Positions 63,192-64,000 of a DNA stretch of 64,000 nucleotides are shown in pieces. Under the pieces are notes generated by a model. It saw only the letters and a program-made list of their open reading frames with translations, was not told the DNA's origin and searched no databases. Position numbers and translations under genes: made by a program. Source of the stretch: Chiloscyllium plagiosum (lineage: Eukaryota); assembly GCF_004010195.1 (NCBI RefSeq), contig NC_057755.1:3681462-3745461 (forward strand). The letters run 5' to 3'. Positions within the stretch are counted from its first letter, which is position 1, and every line of letters starts with the position of its first letter.

Positions 63192-63384
63192 GTAAGTCTT
63201 GTAAAAACTTATGCCATGAAAATCTCTGTATGTAAAGATAATTATTTCACTCTATGACTGATAATTGTTTTATTTCCATTTAGCAAGACAAATCCCAATG
63301 CCAGACGATGCTGTCCTCATTTACTGAGTTTAAAACAATTAGTTTGTCGATTAGAGGATTCCTCAGTAATGTGCAGCACTGCCT

Positions 63385-64000
63385 GTTCCTCTATACTTTG
63401 CAGAATGGGTATGCTCTGAGGCCACACTGATGGGGTTTGGCTGAGCTCTGGCCCTGGCTGGTCCAGACAGAGAGCACACTCTCTCTCTGTGGGAGTTCAA
63501 ATCCTGCTATAGGTCAAATGGCTTTTATAACAACCCATCTCTCAGTGATACCTGGTGTTTCCCATTCCTTGATGTGAAGGGATTGTGTTGGTGGATCTTG
63601 CTCAGGAAGCTCGCCCCAAATGGAAGCCTAGATACAACAGGTGGGCAATGGATGGATTAAGTATGTCATAATGGATGATATGTGAGGATCAGCAAGGATA
63701 GCTTAAACCATTTTGTGTGTTTTCTTTGGACAGTGGGATTCTGGTAACATGATATTTGTGATGACAGATCGCTGAGAGGGGTGTTGAGCACAGGGATACA
63801 GTTATGATGTGTATTGTTGAATTATTTAACCGTCAAAAACACTTGCGGGTTGAGTTACTTGTAAACATATACGCAATGCTGTGCTGCAGAGTTTAATAGG
63901 ACAATCTCTGAGATCTGGAGAGTACTGGCAGCTGCTCTCCCACAGAGGATCAAACACCTGTGGCCAATAAGATATTTCCTACTTTGCCCTTTGTTCCTGT
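63385..64000 (-). mobile_element. Vingi/ingi-like retrotransposon C-terminal remnant in intron 1 of unit 7
   Basis: Minus-strand peptides AAASTLQISEIVLLNSAAQHCVYVY, NSTIHIITVSLCSTPLS, GFELPQRE and WTSQGQSSAKPHQCGLRAYPFC resemble recalled Vingi motifs WGA..TLRTSALALCYSAAEYCAPVW, N.TMRIITG.L..TP and GF.LPR..W..LNR.RTGQG. Confidence 0.6.

Overview
Repeat-rich vertebrate genomic DNA, most likely from a shark. The basis is recalled repeat consensus: HE1-type tRNA SINEs, SacSINE1/DeuSINE-like SINEs, HER1/CR1 LINEs and Penelope elements. There is one 500-N assembly gap (50327-50826). The only recognisable host genes form a tandem cluster of two-exon, class A orphan GPCRs of the GPR139/GPR142-like type. 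Seven gene units or fragments are visible: two intact exon 1s whose exon 2 would lie outside the window, one exon 1 with a dead splice donor, three disabled exon 2s (one with its exon 1), and one TM6-TM7 fragment. This pattern suggests birth-and-death evolution. A 7-10 kb segmental duplication (~650-7780 vs ~16360-26520) carries the two minus-strand units. Three plus-strand paralogues share an ancient Vingi/ingi-like retrotransposon in intron 1. Penelope-like elements of at least three families carry minimal hammerhead-ribozyme motifs, three of which have intact catalytic cores. Most supplied ORFs are transposon debris or spurious. All family assignments were made by eye, without database searches.
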